A stretch of DNA of 64,000 bases from Macrostomum lignano (Eukaryota): positions 1-64,000 of the forward strand of contig NIVC01001815.1 of NCBI GenBank assembly GCA_002269645.1, given 5' to 3'. Numbering within the stretch: the first letter of the stretch is position 1; every line of letters begins with the position of its first letter. This document shows positions 1 to 11,470 of the stretch, in pieces. Position numbers and translations under genes: made by a program. The notes below the pieces were generated by a model. The model did not search any database, was not told the DNA's origin, and saw only the letters and a list, made by a program, of their open reading frames with translations.

Positions 1-1
1 G

Positions 2-436
2 CGGCATCCGCAGCTGAAACGCGAACAGGTGAAACGATCCAAGCAGGTCTCGGGCACCAGGAATCCCTACTTCAACCAGCAGTTCGTGTTCGAAGTTGGC
101 GCTCGCGACATGCTGGAGACGTGCATCCTGCGCATCACTCTGGTGCACAAGACCGAGACCCTGCGGCTCAAGCGGCCCGTCGGCTCTCTGGAGCTGCACG
201 CAGGCGCCGACCCCGACAGCCTGCCGCTGCTGCACTGGCGCGAGCTGCTGCAGACGCCGAACCGGGCGGTGGCCCGCTGGCACAATCTGATCACACCGAG
301 GCCGAGGAGAGAAACCGCAAGATCAGGGAGAAGGAGGAGAAGCGCCGGCTGCAGGAGCTGCAGGAGGAGGCGGAGGCGGCGGCCGAGACCGCGGCGCCCT
401 CGGGAAATCGATGATGATTTTATTTTAAATCGATAA
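2..436 (+). CDS. Synaptotagmin-family protein, C-terminal C2B domain (last exon; 5' part lies outside the window)
   Basis: The frame is open from base 2. NPYFNQQFVFEV and HWRELLQTPNRAVARWHNL match the end of a synaptotagmin C2B domain (HW.DML..P..PIAQWH.L). Stop TAA at 434-436; AATAAA near 604. Confidence 0.75.
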   Translation, partial: RHPQLKREQVKRSKQVSGTRNPYFNQQFVFEVGARDMLETCILRITLVHKTETLRLKRPVGSLELHAGADPDSLPLLHWRELLQTPNRAVARWHNLITPRPRRETARSGRRRRSAGCRSCRRRRRRRPRPRRPREIDDDFILNR

Positions 437-1300
437 TAATTTTAGTCAACAGAAATTCGAAATTATATGCCGTTCCAGTACTGATCCGACCGCTGTTGAG
501 TATTTTGGATAAAGAAATCTGAATTTGGGGAACAAATTGCTTGCTCTATGCACTGTGTTTATTTTCTATCATACAGTACGCCTACATATATGAAATGCAT
601 AAAAATAAACGTGCTTATGCTTTTAAACAACTACTATCAATTCTATAGCTGAATTCACTGTGGACTCTAAACTCTTGGAAGTAGCAGAGCTGTTACGAAT
701 GAACTGGAAACCAAAACACGTCCGAGCAGTGTTGGTGAAACAGAATTTTAATAAGTAGTCCTTTATTTTTTAGGGTTTATTGATTTTCGCACAGTATTTT
801 TGCTGCATCCTTGTCTTAGCTGCTTTTGTCAACAATGACCCTGCCTTGTCATTGGCAGGTGCATGGGCAGGGTTAAGTTGCGGGTATGTAAAAATTAATC
901 AGTCGGGGGCACAGAGACTAAACTGGTTGAGGACTAAAGACTGTCTGGAGATGTTTTTGAGCTGATTTCGGAAAAATATGCTGCTTTAGGGAGTGAAGCT
1001 TCGGCTGGGAGTCTCCCAGCCGCCGGAGTCTGGTAGGCTGTCGTTGCTTAGAAAATTGATGAAGTCAGCGAGACGAGAAGTCAGCTCACGAGTTTGGGAA
1101 GCCTTCTCTGGAATGCGTCAGGATTAACTGTTTTTTTAAATATCCACTTCGATAATTATTTATATTGCACACTTCGGTAGTCTGCTCACGCGAGAAAACA
1201 GGCACCAAACCCCAATAGACCAGGGAGGAGGGCAGGGGGAGCCTTGCTCGCTGATTAGGCGCCCCCTGTTAATCATTTCACCTATTCCCCAGCAACTAAT

Positions 1301-1932
1301 TTGGTGCTGGCGCCCCTTGGTGCTGGCGCCCCTTGGTGCTGGCGCCCCTTGGTGCTGGCGCCCCTTGGTGCTGGCGCCCCTTGGTGCTGGCGCCCCTTGG
1401 TGCTGGCGCCCCTTGGTGCTGGCGCCCCTTGGTGCTGGCGCCCCTTGGTGCTAAAGCCCCTTGGTGCTGGCGCTCCTTGGTGCTGGCGCCCCTTGGTGCT
1501 AAAGCCCCTTGGTGCTAAAGCCCCTTGGTGCTAAAGCCCCTTGGTGCTAAAGCCCCTTGGTGCTAAAGCCCCTTGGTGCTAAAGCCCCTTGGTGCTAAAG
1601 CCCCTTGGTGCTAAAGCCCCTTGGTGCTAAAGCCCCTTGGTGCTAAAGCCCCTTGGTGCTAAAGCCCCTTGGTGCTAAAGCCCCTTGGTGCTAAAGCCCC
1701 TTGGTGCTAAAGCCCCTTGGTGCTAAAGCCCCTTGGTGCTAAAGCCCCTTGGTGCTAAAGCCCCTTGGTGCTAAAGCCCCTTGGTGCTAAAGCCCCTTGG
1801 TGCTAAAGCCCCTTGGTGCTAAAGCCCCTTGGTGCTAAAGCCCCTTGGTGCTAAAGCCCCTTGGTGCTAAAGCCCCTTGGTGCTGGCGCCCCTTGGTGCT
1901 AAAGCCCCTTGGTGCTAAAGCCCCTTGGTGCT
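1301..1932. repeat. 16-bp minisatellite with two variants, CCCCTTGGTGCT(GGCG/AAAG), ~39 copies
   Basis: Direct reading; the GGCG variant dominates the 5' part and the AAAG variant the 3' part. Confidence 0.95.
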
Positions 1933-2234
1933 CCCAAGATGGCGCCCCCTAGATGGCGCGCCTGCCATGATACTTTTGAGAGGTGGCGGCTCTTGGTACT
2001 GGCGCAAGACCCGGCCCTCAATTATAAAACCTGGCTACGCCCCTGCAATGGACCCCTCAGTCTCAATTTCTGATGATTTAATTGATTGATCCCCTCTACT
2101 TTGCTGGCATGATGTCTCTCTAATGCTCCGCATTTTGCCTCACTAATTTTTTGAAAATCATACTAATTGGAGATTGTTCTAAGGAAAACTTCAGGCTTCT
2201 TGCCTCCTCTTGCCAAACTGGGTCGCATTGTAAC

Positions 2235-4489
2235 TCACTCGGCCTTGACAGCCAGCGAAGCGCCAGTGGCAAACTGGTGCATCCGGAGGCGGCGTCGCAT
2301 CTCCGCCGGGTTGTGCAGCGCCTTCGTTAGCGGTGACGCTGCAGCGGCACTGCGCCGAAGGGGTCGTCGCCGACGTCGCCGTTGCTGGCAAGGCGCCGAT
2401 GCAGCCGCTTCTATCGGCGCCAGATCGATAGCCAGGGCGCGCATGTCTGCTCGAGTGAGACCGCGCGGCCCCGGCACCACAGGCGGCGCTGTGCCGCACA
2501 TCCGACGCTGATGTGCCGCGTAATTTGACGCGCAGTTGGCCAGCTCAGTCTGACCGGCCATGGCATTGATGAGGCGCCGATAGTTGGCGTCTGGTCCGTC
2601 CGAGTAGGCGGCAACTTCTCGGAGCTGACGCAGCAGCCGGCATCGGTCAGGTCTATTGTCAGAGTCGGCCAGAGCATCAACGAGGTCGAGGAGGCCTCCG
2701 CTGCCGCTTTTGCAGTCGCCTTTTGTGCAGGCAAGTTTCAAGAGACGGCGCAGCCGGCAAAGCTGCGGGCTGGACAGGCGCTCGGCTGGACACAGCGCGG
2801 GACAGCCAGTGCAGCGCACAGCCAGCGCCACAGCCCGGTCGCGCATAGTAACCAGCTCCGTCAGGCTGCTCAGCACCCACTCGAGGTCGTGGGCAACCGG
2901 CGGCGCGCGGCCTCCGCAGCCAGTCCGATAAAACTCGCGGCAGAGATCGCGCAAGTAAGCTGCCACACGCAACGCTTTGGCGTATCGGAGAGAGCCGCGA
3001 CGGTAGGCCGCAACGCTAGCCGCCAGGGTGGTAACCCGACGACTGTCGCTGCTGGTATTGTTGGGCGCTGGAGTTTGCAGCGTTGCGTCCGGGTCTGCGG
3101 CTGGGACAGCCGCCGGTACAGTTCGCTGGCAGCAGTTGTTGTTGTTAGTGCCGCTAGACTGGGCGGCTGTCGGCTGCCAGGTGCGCAGCGTCCACTGGTC
3201 CTGCGAAGCTTCCATGTCGGTGATGTTATCCCGAACGTTGCGATGCTGGTGCAGCTGCGAATTGTGCTTTGGCTGCTCCTGCGAGTCAGCGTTGTTTGCA
3301 TCATCGAGCCTGCGTTATTTGATCAGTTCGTTGCGCTACGTTAGGTTTGAGTTGATTTGATTTAATCTGGTTTACGTATAAATCCTCCCTAGATAAAAAT
3401 AAGCACTCGAGAATTGTTCAGGACATACGCAAATACGATTAATATTCTTAAAGTACTACTTAACACGTCTTTACGAGATAAAGACTAAAGTGCAAGTACG
3501 CAAGTTATGACTCACCCCAGGCTGTTTGGCAGTCGTTTTGGGAAGCTGATGCCACCGCTAGCTCCGCTGGCGCCGAAGCTCAGCATGCTGCAGCTGTTGT
3601 GTCGGTTGCCACTGTAATCATTATCGGCGTTTTCGTCGTAGCCTTCGCCGGAGAGCTCGCCCTCGCCCTCGCTACTCTTCTTAATGGACGTAACGATACC
3701 GCCGCACCTGCCGCAGGTGCCCGACTGCTGCCGTCGATTAGGTTGTCGACCTCGACCGCCCGGCTGTTTTTTCTGCTTTCCCTGCCGCCCTCTGTCTCTG
3801 CCATTGTCCACCGCGGCCATCTCGCCGAGCCGGTCCATGACCACATCCAGCATGTAACGGTCCACTGTGTCTTCACAGCGTGCACCGATGTGCTGCGCCC
3901 GCCACAGGGCGCGACTCTCGTTTTCCAGCTTGCGCCGCATCGGCGTCTGCAGCGCATTCGCCTGCTGAGCTGATGTCTTTGCTTGATCTGGCCGCCTCCG
4001 CGGGCGCCGGCTGGTCCGGTTGGCCCGGATGCTGTCCACCAGATCGGTCAGGAACCTGTCGGCTTCGGCTAATCGCCGCTGGTTCCTCGGAGCCAAGCTG
4101 AGCCCCAGCATCATGTTGTTCAGGGAGAACTCCAGCTTATCAAGCGACTTCTGGCACTTTGCCAATCGTTCAACTTGATCCTCGCTGCACTGGCTACCCT
4201 CGCCGCCTGAAAAACCAGCTGGTCCTTCGGAACTGTCATGGTCGATCTCCGTATTGTTCCAGCTTAAATCATGGTACTGAAGCTTCTTCTCCTGCTGCTT
4301 CTGCTGCTGTTGGTACTTCTGCTGATGCAGGCCAGCATCAGGCGACATCGACAGGGGCCGTGTCTGCTGCTGCATCGGCGGCTCCGGCGGATGCAGCGGT
4401 GACCAATCGTCTGGACTGACGGTGGCGAGCGAAGCGCCGCGACTTCGCTGGCGGAACAGCATCCGCCTGAGCGGCCGCTTGCTCGGCAT
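2235..4489 (-). CDS. Uncharacterised ~682-aa protein; predicted exons 4489-3516 and 3309-2235
   Basis: Two long same-strand ORFs join in frame via a GTGAGT donor at 3515 and a CAG acceptor at 3312-3310 (GG+G codon, then LDDANNADSQ...). No family recognised. Confidence 0.6.
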
Positions 4490-5411
4490 CTCTGCTGCTG
4501 GCGTTACCAAATCTTCCTGCCGTCTCTCAAGTAGCGAGAGCGAGTTGACCAAATGCCTTATAGTTAACCAAAAATTTGTTCATGCCTTAGTTCGCGCATA
4601 TAAATTTCCCTATCTGCCTTTCCCAGAAGACGCAAGTACCATAGACACTCGAGATGAATAATGAATAATTTATCAAAAACCTGCTACTTGATTGAACAAA
4701 TTTAACCGTAAAAACAGCGCATCAGCTTTGCATTTTTTCTGCGTTTGCTTTTTCGTCCCGGTGGTGTTTACAAGCAGAAGAGACTAGCTAATACGAGTAC
4801 ATGCGTACGAGTGGGTAACTTTCCTAAGCCTGTATATCCGTTTAGTTGATGGATGCAACCACAATTTTGGTTAGCCAACTGCAAATATTTAAGTAAATCC
4901 AACACAGCTGTAAGACTAATTCTTCTATTCGCTAATCCAATGAACGGAAAGAATATGAAATATGAATAATACCTTTATACCAGAACAAATACGGAAAGTC
5001 TTGCCGCAGTCTAGGACTACTTTGGGCATGAAATTTCACCGAAACTCAAGTTTATTCCAGAGTTCCCAAAAATTCGATCATTTTGACAGAAAACTCAAAT
5101 TTTGAGAATAATTTCATTTGAAATCGGATCATCCGCACACCTGGCGCATTCGCGCCTGTCCCTGAAGTTGCCTGGGAAAGGCTGCCCAGCTTTGTGTAAA
5201 TGCCCGTCGACAACTGGCACTTAAGAAGTGTTAATGCGGATGCGATTAGTGGAAATAATCCTTTGAAAGCGCAGTGCTTGGGCAGCAAAGTATTTGCGTC
5301 AAAGTAGCTGGACCGTCAGAAAACCTATAAATTAATCGATATTTTAGTCGAATATCTCCCTAGCTGACTGTTGTAGCAACAAACTGGTTACCATATTCAG
5401 ACAACTAAAGC

Positions 5412-7298
5412 ATGCGCTACAGCCTAGCTCTGAGCGCCGCTGTTCTGGCGACACTGTCGCTTGCGGTTGGCGCTGCAATCAACTTAGCCGAGTGCTTTGC
5501 CAAGGACCGGGACGCCTGCATCAACTGCGTAGTGCAGTTTAGCAACGAGAGGTACGACGAATTCTGCAAGGCCTCGCCAACCAGCAGCATGTGCGGCAAC
5601 GATGCTGGAAAAACCAACTACGTCAGCAACATTCAGAGATCCGCAAGTAACGGCTGCCCAGCTGCAGCAGCGATAGAGAAGGCAGCACAAGCAGCAGAAA
5701 CTACAACCGAAGCTCCGACAACTACCGAATCTCCAACAACTACGACCCAAGCTCTGACAACTACGACCCAAGCTGCGACAACTACGACCCAAGCTGCGAT
5801 AACTACGACCCAAGCTGCGATAACTACGACCGAAGCTCCAACAACTACAACCAAAGCTCCAACAACTACAACCGAAGCTCCAACAACTACAACCAAAGCT
5901 CCGACAACTACAACCGAAGCTCCAACAACTACAACCCAAGCTCCAACAACTACAACCAAAGCTCCGACAACTACAACCAAAGCTCCAACAACTACAACCG
6001 AAGCTCCAACAACTACAACCGAAGCTCCGACAACTACAACCAAAGCTCCAACAACTACAACCGAAGCTCCGACAACTACAACCAAAGCTCCAACAACTAC
6101 AACCAAAGCCCTGACAACTACAACCGAAGCTCCGACAACTACAACCAAAGCTCCAACAACTACAACCGAAGCTCCGACAACTACAACCAAAGCTCCAACA
6201 ACTACAACCGAAGCTCCGACAACTACAACCAAAGCTCCAACAACTACAACCAAAGCCCTGACAACTACAACCGAAGCTCCGACAACTACAACCGAAGCTC
6301 CAACAACTACAACCGAAGCTCCGACAACTACAACCAAAGCTCCAACAACTACAACCGAAGCTCCAACAACTACAACCGAAGCTTCGACAACTACAACCAA
6401 AGCTCCGACAACTACAACCAAAGCTCCAAAAACTACAACCGAAGCTCCAACAACTACAACAAAAGCCCTGACAACTACAACCGAAGCTCCGACAACTACA
6501 ACCGAAGCTCCGACAACTACAACCGAAGCTCCAACAACTACAATCGAAGCTCCAACAACTACAACCAAAGCTCCAACAACTACAACCGAAGCTCCGACAA
6601 CTAAAACCGAAGCTCCGACAACTACAACCAAAGCTCCAACAACTACAACCAAAGCTCCAACAACTACAACCAAAGCTACGACAACTACAACCGAAGCTCC
6701 CACAACTACTACTGAAGCGACGACAACAAAGCGTCCAGGACATTGTCGTGGACATGGTCATGGACATTGCCATGGACACGGTCATGGTCACGGTCATGGA
6801 AACGGTCACGGTCATGGACACGGTCATGGTCATGGACATGGTCATGGTCATGGACACGGTCACAGTCATGGCGATGATAATGACGAAGATGACAAGGACA
6901 AAGGAGGCAAGGGTAAAGGAGACAAAGGCAAGGGAAGTAAGGGCAAAGCAGGCAAGGACAGAGATGATAAGAACAGGGGTAAAAGAAGAGGATACGACAG
7001 AAGTTGGGTTGATGATGACAGTGACAGAGGCGACTGGCAAAAGCGTAGAGGCGGCTGGAGAAAGCGTAGAGGCGGCTGGAGAAAGCGTAGAGGCGGCTGG
7101 CAAAAGCGTAGAGGCGGCTGGCAAAAGCGTAGAGGCGGCTGGCAAAAGCGTAGAGGCGGCTGGAGAAAGCGTAGAGGCGGCTGGCAAAAGCGTAGAGGCG
7201 GCTGGAGAAAGCGTAGAGGTGGCTGGCAAAAGCGTAGAGGCGGCTGGAGAAAGCTTAGAGGCAGCTGGAGAAAGCGTAGCGGCAGGGGAGGCCGGTGA
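5412..7298 (+). CDS. Secreted mucin-like protein: signal peptide, 6-Cys domain, TTTT[EK]AP repeats, His-Gly block, D/K/G linker, GGW[QR]KRR repeats
   Basis: Single 628-aa ORF with a hydrophobic N-terminus (MRYSLALSAAVLATLSLAVGA); both repeat blocks have a 21-bp unit that preserves the frame. Confidence 0.85.
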   Translation: MRYSLALSAAVLATLSLAVGAAINLAECFAKDRDACINCVVQFSNERYDEFCKASPTSSMCGNDAGKTNYVSNIQRSASNGCPAAAAIEKAAQAAETTTEAPTTTESPTTTTQALTTTTQAATTTTQAAITTTQAAITTTEAPTTTTKAPTTTTEAPTTTTKAPTTTTEAPTTTTQAPTTTTKAPTTTTKAPTTTTEAPTTTTEAPTTTTKAPTTTTEAPTTTTKAPTTTTKALTTTTEAPTTTTKAPTTTTEAPTTTTKAPTTTTEAPTTTTKAPTTTTKALTTTTEAPTTTTEAPTTTTEAPTTTTKAPTTTTEAPTTTTEASTTTTKAPTTTTKAPKTTTEAPTTTTKALTTTTEAPTTTTEAPTTTTEAPTTTIEAPTTTTKAPTTTTEAPTTKTEAPTTTTKAPTTTTKAPTTTTKATTTTTEAPTTTTEATTTKRPGHCRGHGHGHCHGHGHGHGHGNGHGHGHGHGHGHGHGHGHGHSHGDDNDEDDKDKGGKGKGDKGKGSKGKAGKDRDDKNRGKRRGYDRSWVDDDSDRGDWQKRRGGWRKRRGGWRKRRGGWQKRRGGWQKRRGGWQKRRGGWRKRRGGWQKRRGGWRKRRGGWQKRRGGWRKLRGSWRKRSGRGGR

Positions 7299-8242
7299 GG
7301 TTAAAGCTGAAATCAAGAATTGACAGCTGATGCACTCACTCAATCAATGAGGTTGAGAAATTTTGCTATTGACAGGACATAACTTGGTGGTGGTAAATGC
7401 TTTATCTTGATTGAGAACTAGAACAGTAGCAAAATCGAACTTTAAAATAGACGGTTTAAAATAATCGGCTGAACGGAATAATCTACTCCGTTGATTTTGC
7501 TATAGCTTTCAAACACTTTCTATTTTTACATTAGTGTATAACTATAAGTTTACTCAATAAGATTAGCATACAGATCCGTTAATATCTGCTCATTGGTTGG
7601 GTCAATGAGGAGGCAGTAAACGAACAATGATACACTAATGCAACTATGGGCATATAAGGGTAAAAGCAAGAGATAAGTTGTAAAACCTCGTAGAATCAGC
7701 CACAAACAAGGACCGTCGAAGTTTAAAGTCGCATTAGACAGATGGCAGCGAAGTTAGCTCTTAGTACACTATGCTTTTAGTACACTTGCAGGGTTACAGG
7801 TACGCTAGACAGGGGCAAAAGCAAATGAAGTGCAACACAACATCCAGTCTACACATATCATGCTGCTGAACTTTCGCTGTACGAATATTAGACAAAATGG
7901 ATTTCAAACAGCATTGCACAAGCACATCAAAGAGGAACCACAAGAGCTGGGCAAGCTCTACTGCTTCCATGCTTCCATGCGTCTCCATTAAGCAGAGCCG
8001 TAATGATGATCAGACAAAATACACGAAAGACTAGTTCCATCATGATCATGCATTATATATGGCTTCTAAAATTCTGAATAGATACGCTCGTAGCATATCT
8101 ATAAATAGCAAGCTTGGAAAATCCTACAATCAATCACGGTAAAGAAAAAATGGAAAAAAGTTGGAAAGGTTATAGAAAAGTGCCGACAGCCATGCAACTA
8201 GATCTTAGGGTGGAATCTTGCCCTTGTTGGCCGCTTTGCATG

Positions 8243-9034
8243 CTAGCAGCATTTGCCACCGCCGGCGCCTGAAGCTCCGTCTACGTCATCCTCGCCAACA
8301 ATGATGCCGGCGTTTCGGCCAGAGGAACGTCGACCAGCTGACGTTGCGCCCTCAGACCTTGACGTGGACGACCTAGACGAGGAGCCTGGGTTGGACGCCT
8401 CCTCGGCGTCGCGACGAGCCAGCATGTCGGCTGTCAGGCGAGCGAACGCCTCTTCTACGCCGCGGTTCAGCTTAGCGGATGTGCCGCAGTGCTTGGCGCC
8501 GACCGAGCTGGCGAATTCCTCGGCATTCGCTAGCGGTACATGACGATCGCGTTCGAGGTCAATCTGTAGGGAGACAGTTTTACCAAATAGCAATACGAAC
8601 TGCAAACTGCTACCAAACAAAGACCGGTACAAATTATCTATCGTGGGGATAATATGCCCTCCCCGCAGTGTTCGCACCTTATTGCCAACTAGGTACAGTG
8701 TGACATCGTTGCCGCGAATCTTGCGCAGCTCCTTGACCCAGTTGCGCGCCTTCTCGAACGAATCCTCGTCAGTGATGTCGTAAACTAGAATAGCGCCGTC
8801 ACTATCCCGATAGTAGATTGGACCGAGGGCGTGAAAGCGCTCCTGCCCGGCCGTGTCCCAGATGTTCAGCGTCACCCGTCGGCCGGAGACGTTAAGTTTC
8901 TTAGAAAGGAACGAGGCCTGCACTGTGGTTAAGTGTTTGTCATTGAACTTATCCTCGACGTAGCGCAGCGCCAAAGAAGTTTTGCCGACACAGCCCTCGC
9001 CCAAGAGGACAATTTTAAATTCTCTGTTGGACAT
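8243..9034 (-). CDS. RAB21: Rab21 small GTPase; exons 9034-8678 and 8563-8243 (225 aa)
   Basis: G1 GEGCVGKT, G3 WDTAGQERFHALGPIYYR (Rab21-type), G4 NK/ID split by a 114-nt GT-AG intron, G5 TSAK, C-terminal CC prenylation motif. Confidence 0.92.
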   Translation of the reverse strand: MSNREFKIVLLGEGCVGKTSLALRYVEDKFNDKHLTTVQASFLSKKLNVSGRRVTLNIWDTAGQERFHALGPIYYRDSDGAILVYDITDEDSFEKARNWVKELRKIRGNDVTLYLVGNKVRTLRGGHIIPTIDNLYRSLFGSSLQFVLLFGKTVSLQIDLERDRHVPLANAEEFASSVGAKHCGTSAKLNRGVEEAFARLTADMLARRDAEEASNPGSSSRSSTSRSEGATSAGRRSSGRNAGIIVGEDDVDGASGAGGGKCC

Positions 9035-11470
9035 TACTGCAACAGTTTTTTCAATCAAATTAGCAAATAACTGTGCTTTTTAGCCGGGTAAAAAATAATT
9101 AGAGAAAGCGAAAAGATAAAAACATACAAGGGGGGCCGAGATTTGAGGTGGTGGCGTGAGGAGGTCCGCTCTGTATTCTAATTATTAAGCTTGTGCGCGG
9201 TGCGCACAGAGCTTGGTCTTCTCGTCCCCAACTCCCTGCACCAGCTCTGGTTGGTGTGTCTGTATTTCTGCACACAAATTTTAGCGTCAGGCTTCAAGGC
9301 CTCGAACACAAGCCCTCCTCCCGCTCCAGTGCCAGCCCCGCCACTTCTACTAGGACCTGCGACCCGTTTTCAGATAAGCAAACCGGCCGCCCCTTTCTCT
9401 CCGCAAATCAATGTACATTGGTTCTAATTTAAATTTCTAGTGTACATTGGATCAAATGTACACTCGTCGCGACTCGTACACACTGAACGAACGCACGGAT
9501 CTCTTTTTCCCTTCACACAGTTTTACAAGCGTACGCTCGTATAAGGCTAGATTACGACTTTACGAGACGCGCGGCAATGAGTAAATGAATTTGTAATACC
9601 TTCAACACATACGCATCGTACCATGTAATATTTAACGGATCGAATGACAGCGTTATAAAATTGTTCCAATTATTGTTCCAATTGTTCCAATTGTTCCAAT
9701 GCAAGCCAGAAAGTAAAAAGGGGATTATTCACTAAGGAAACAAAAAACAATTCAGACTAAAGATTTTTTCGAGTTTATTTTGCTTGACACAGACTGGTTA
9801 TAAAAAACGTTCGACAACAATGCACTTTATATTTTTATTGAGACAATTTTTCAGCTTTTTAAACCGAGCTGTACTGATTGTTAGCGTTGTAAACAGCGAG
9901 CTGTTTTGCACTGATAAGATAGCGGACGTCATACATAGCGATTACGGTGCGTATTTTTGAGTCTGGATTTACCAGAGAAAAACAACAAAAAAGTTGCTGC
10001 AATTAGCGCGAAATACGAGTAAATACGAGTATTAAAACAATCAGCGTCAATAGTACATGCACTTCTTGTACATGAAGTATGGTACTAATGTTTATATAGT
10101 TAACGAACTCGCCAACCAACTGACAAGCATGCAACCAGCAGTGTTGTTCATCCATTTAAGACCTGCAGTAGGTCTTTGCTAAGTTCTCCATTTACTGTTT
10201 AAGAATGATACATTTATATAGTTAAGACACTATGGCGTCACAACAACGGAATGAGTTGCTGATCGGCGGGTTTCTTAAATAAAATTTAAATCTCAAATAA
10301 AGGAAGAAGTACATGTAAAACTAAGAAACAGTCGAAAGACCACAATGGTAATTAAAACAACTCAGTGTTAACCATGAGTAAAATTTGAGTCACCGATTTT
10401 TCCTAAGGTGCAATAAGCTATCCAAAGTCACGACTACTTAGCAAGCAGTAGCAGCAAGCATGGTCTTTCGACTGTTCAAGCCACGGTAGCAATTAAATAC
10501 TTGTAAAAAAGCAAATAACGAGCAAAACAATCCTGAAAAAAATTAAAGTATTGAGTGCCCCAAAAACAGTGAAGTAAATGATACGAGGAAATGGCATATT
10601 TTACTTTAATGAGCAAGCAATAAGCATAATTGATTTGAATTTATCAAAGACAAAAGCACAATGCACTACTTGACAGCGAAGAGTTTTCTTGAGTTAATTC
10701 GCGACGAAGCAGGTAAAAGCAAGATAATAAAATTGTAATTACAACAGTGCGAGATCGCACAAAATCGTTTTTAGAAGTCAATACTAGTTCAGCTTTTGAT
10801 TAAAACTGAAAACAGAAACTTCTCACACAATGGACCAGTCTGCTTGCATAATAAAACAAAATAATACAGTAAATGACGAGGTAATATTGAATTGCGCCAA
10901 AATACTACACACTTGACTTGCCTACTGAAAGTAGCAAATACATACAGGGTGAAAATAGTGAAAGCTATGTAATTTTATAAGAACAATTTTTTACCAAAAC
11001 TTTATAATATAGGAAGACGTAGACAACAAGATATTCTGTCTAGAATAGAATATAGCCTAGTGCTTTGTCCGTAAACTAATACGTACTAATACGGAGTATC
11101 AATACTAAAAAACTTGATTCACCGATCGAACTGAGTCAAGACAGATTGAACGAGTATTTATCTTAAGCTGCACTGTGAAAGAGAAAATGATAAATGGCGA
11201 GAAAGACGAGGCGATTATGACGACAGAATTAAGAAGTATAGTCTCTTTGAGATCTTAGTTGAATTTATTAGAAGACAACTGACACAAAAATTCAAACAAT
11301 CATAACAACAATAACGATAGCAACGGCCATACCACCCAAAACCCCCTGCTCTGGAAGCGCGGCTATCCCTCACCCGGATCGTTCAATGGATACATTGACA
11401 ACTTCCTGTATAGGCCAGTGATTGAGTAGGTTGAACATTTTGAAGAAAAATATCTAGCAGAATTGATGGA

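Noticed and set aside
1301-1450. GCGCCCCTTGGTG units resembling the CTCF consensus
   Set aside because: The similarity is a short GC-rich match, most of the array has mutated away from it, and CTCF is reported to be absent from flatworms, the likely host.
5484-7343. 619-aa and 356-aa antisense ORFs and a 191-aa alternate-frame ORF over the mucin gene
   Set aside because: They are by-products of 21-bp repeats lacking stops; only the plus ORF has a signal peptide and a coherent architecture.
9408-9464. Clustered TGTACA palindromes upstream of RAB21
   Set aside because: They are short (10-12 bp), TGTACA is frequent throughout this window, and there is no independent support for function.
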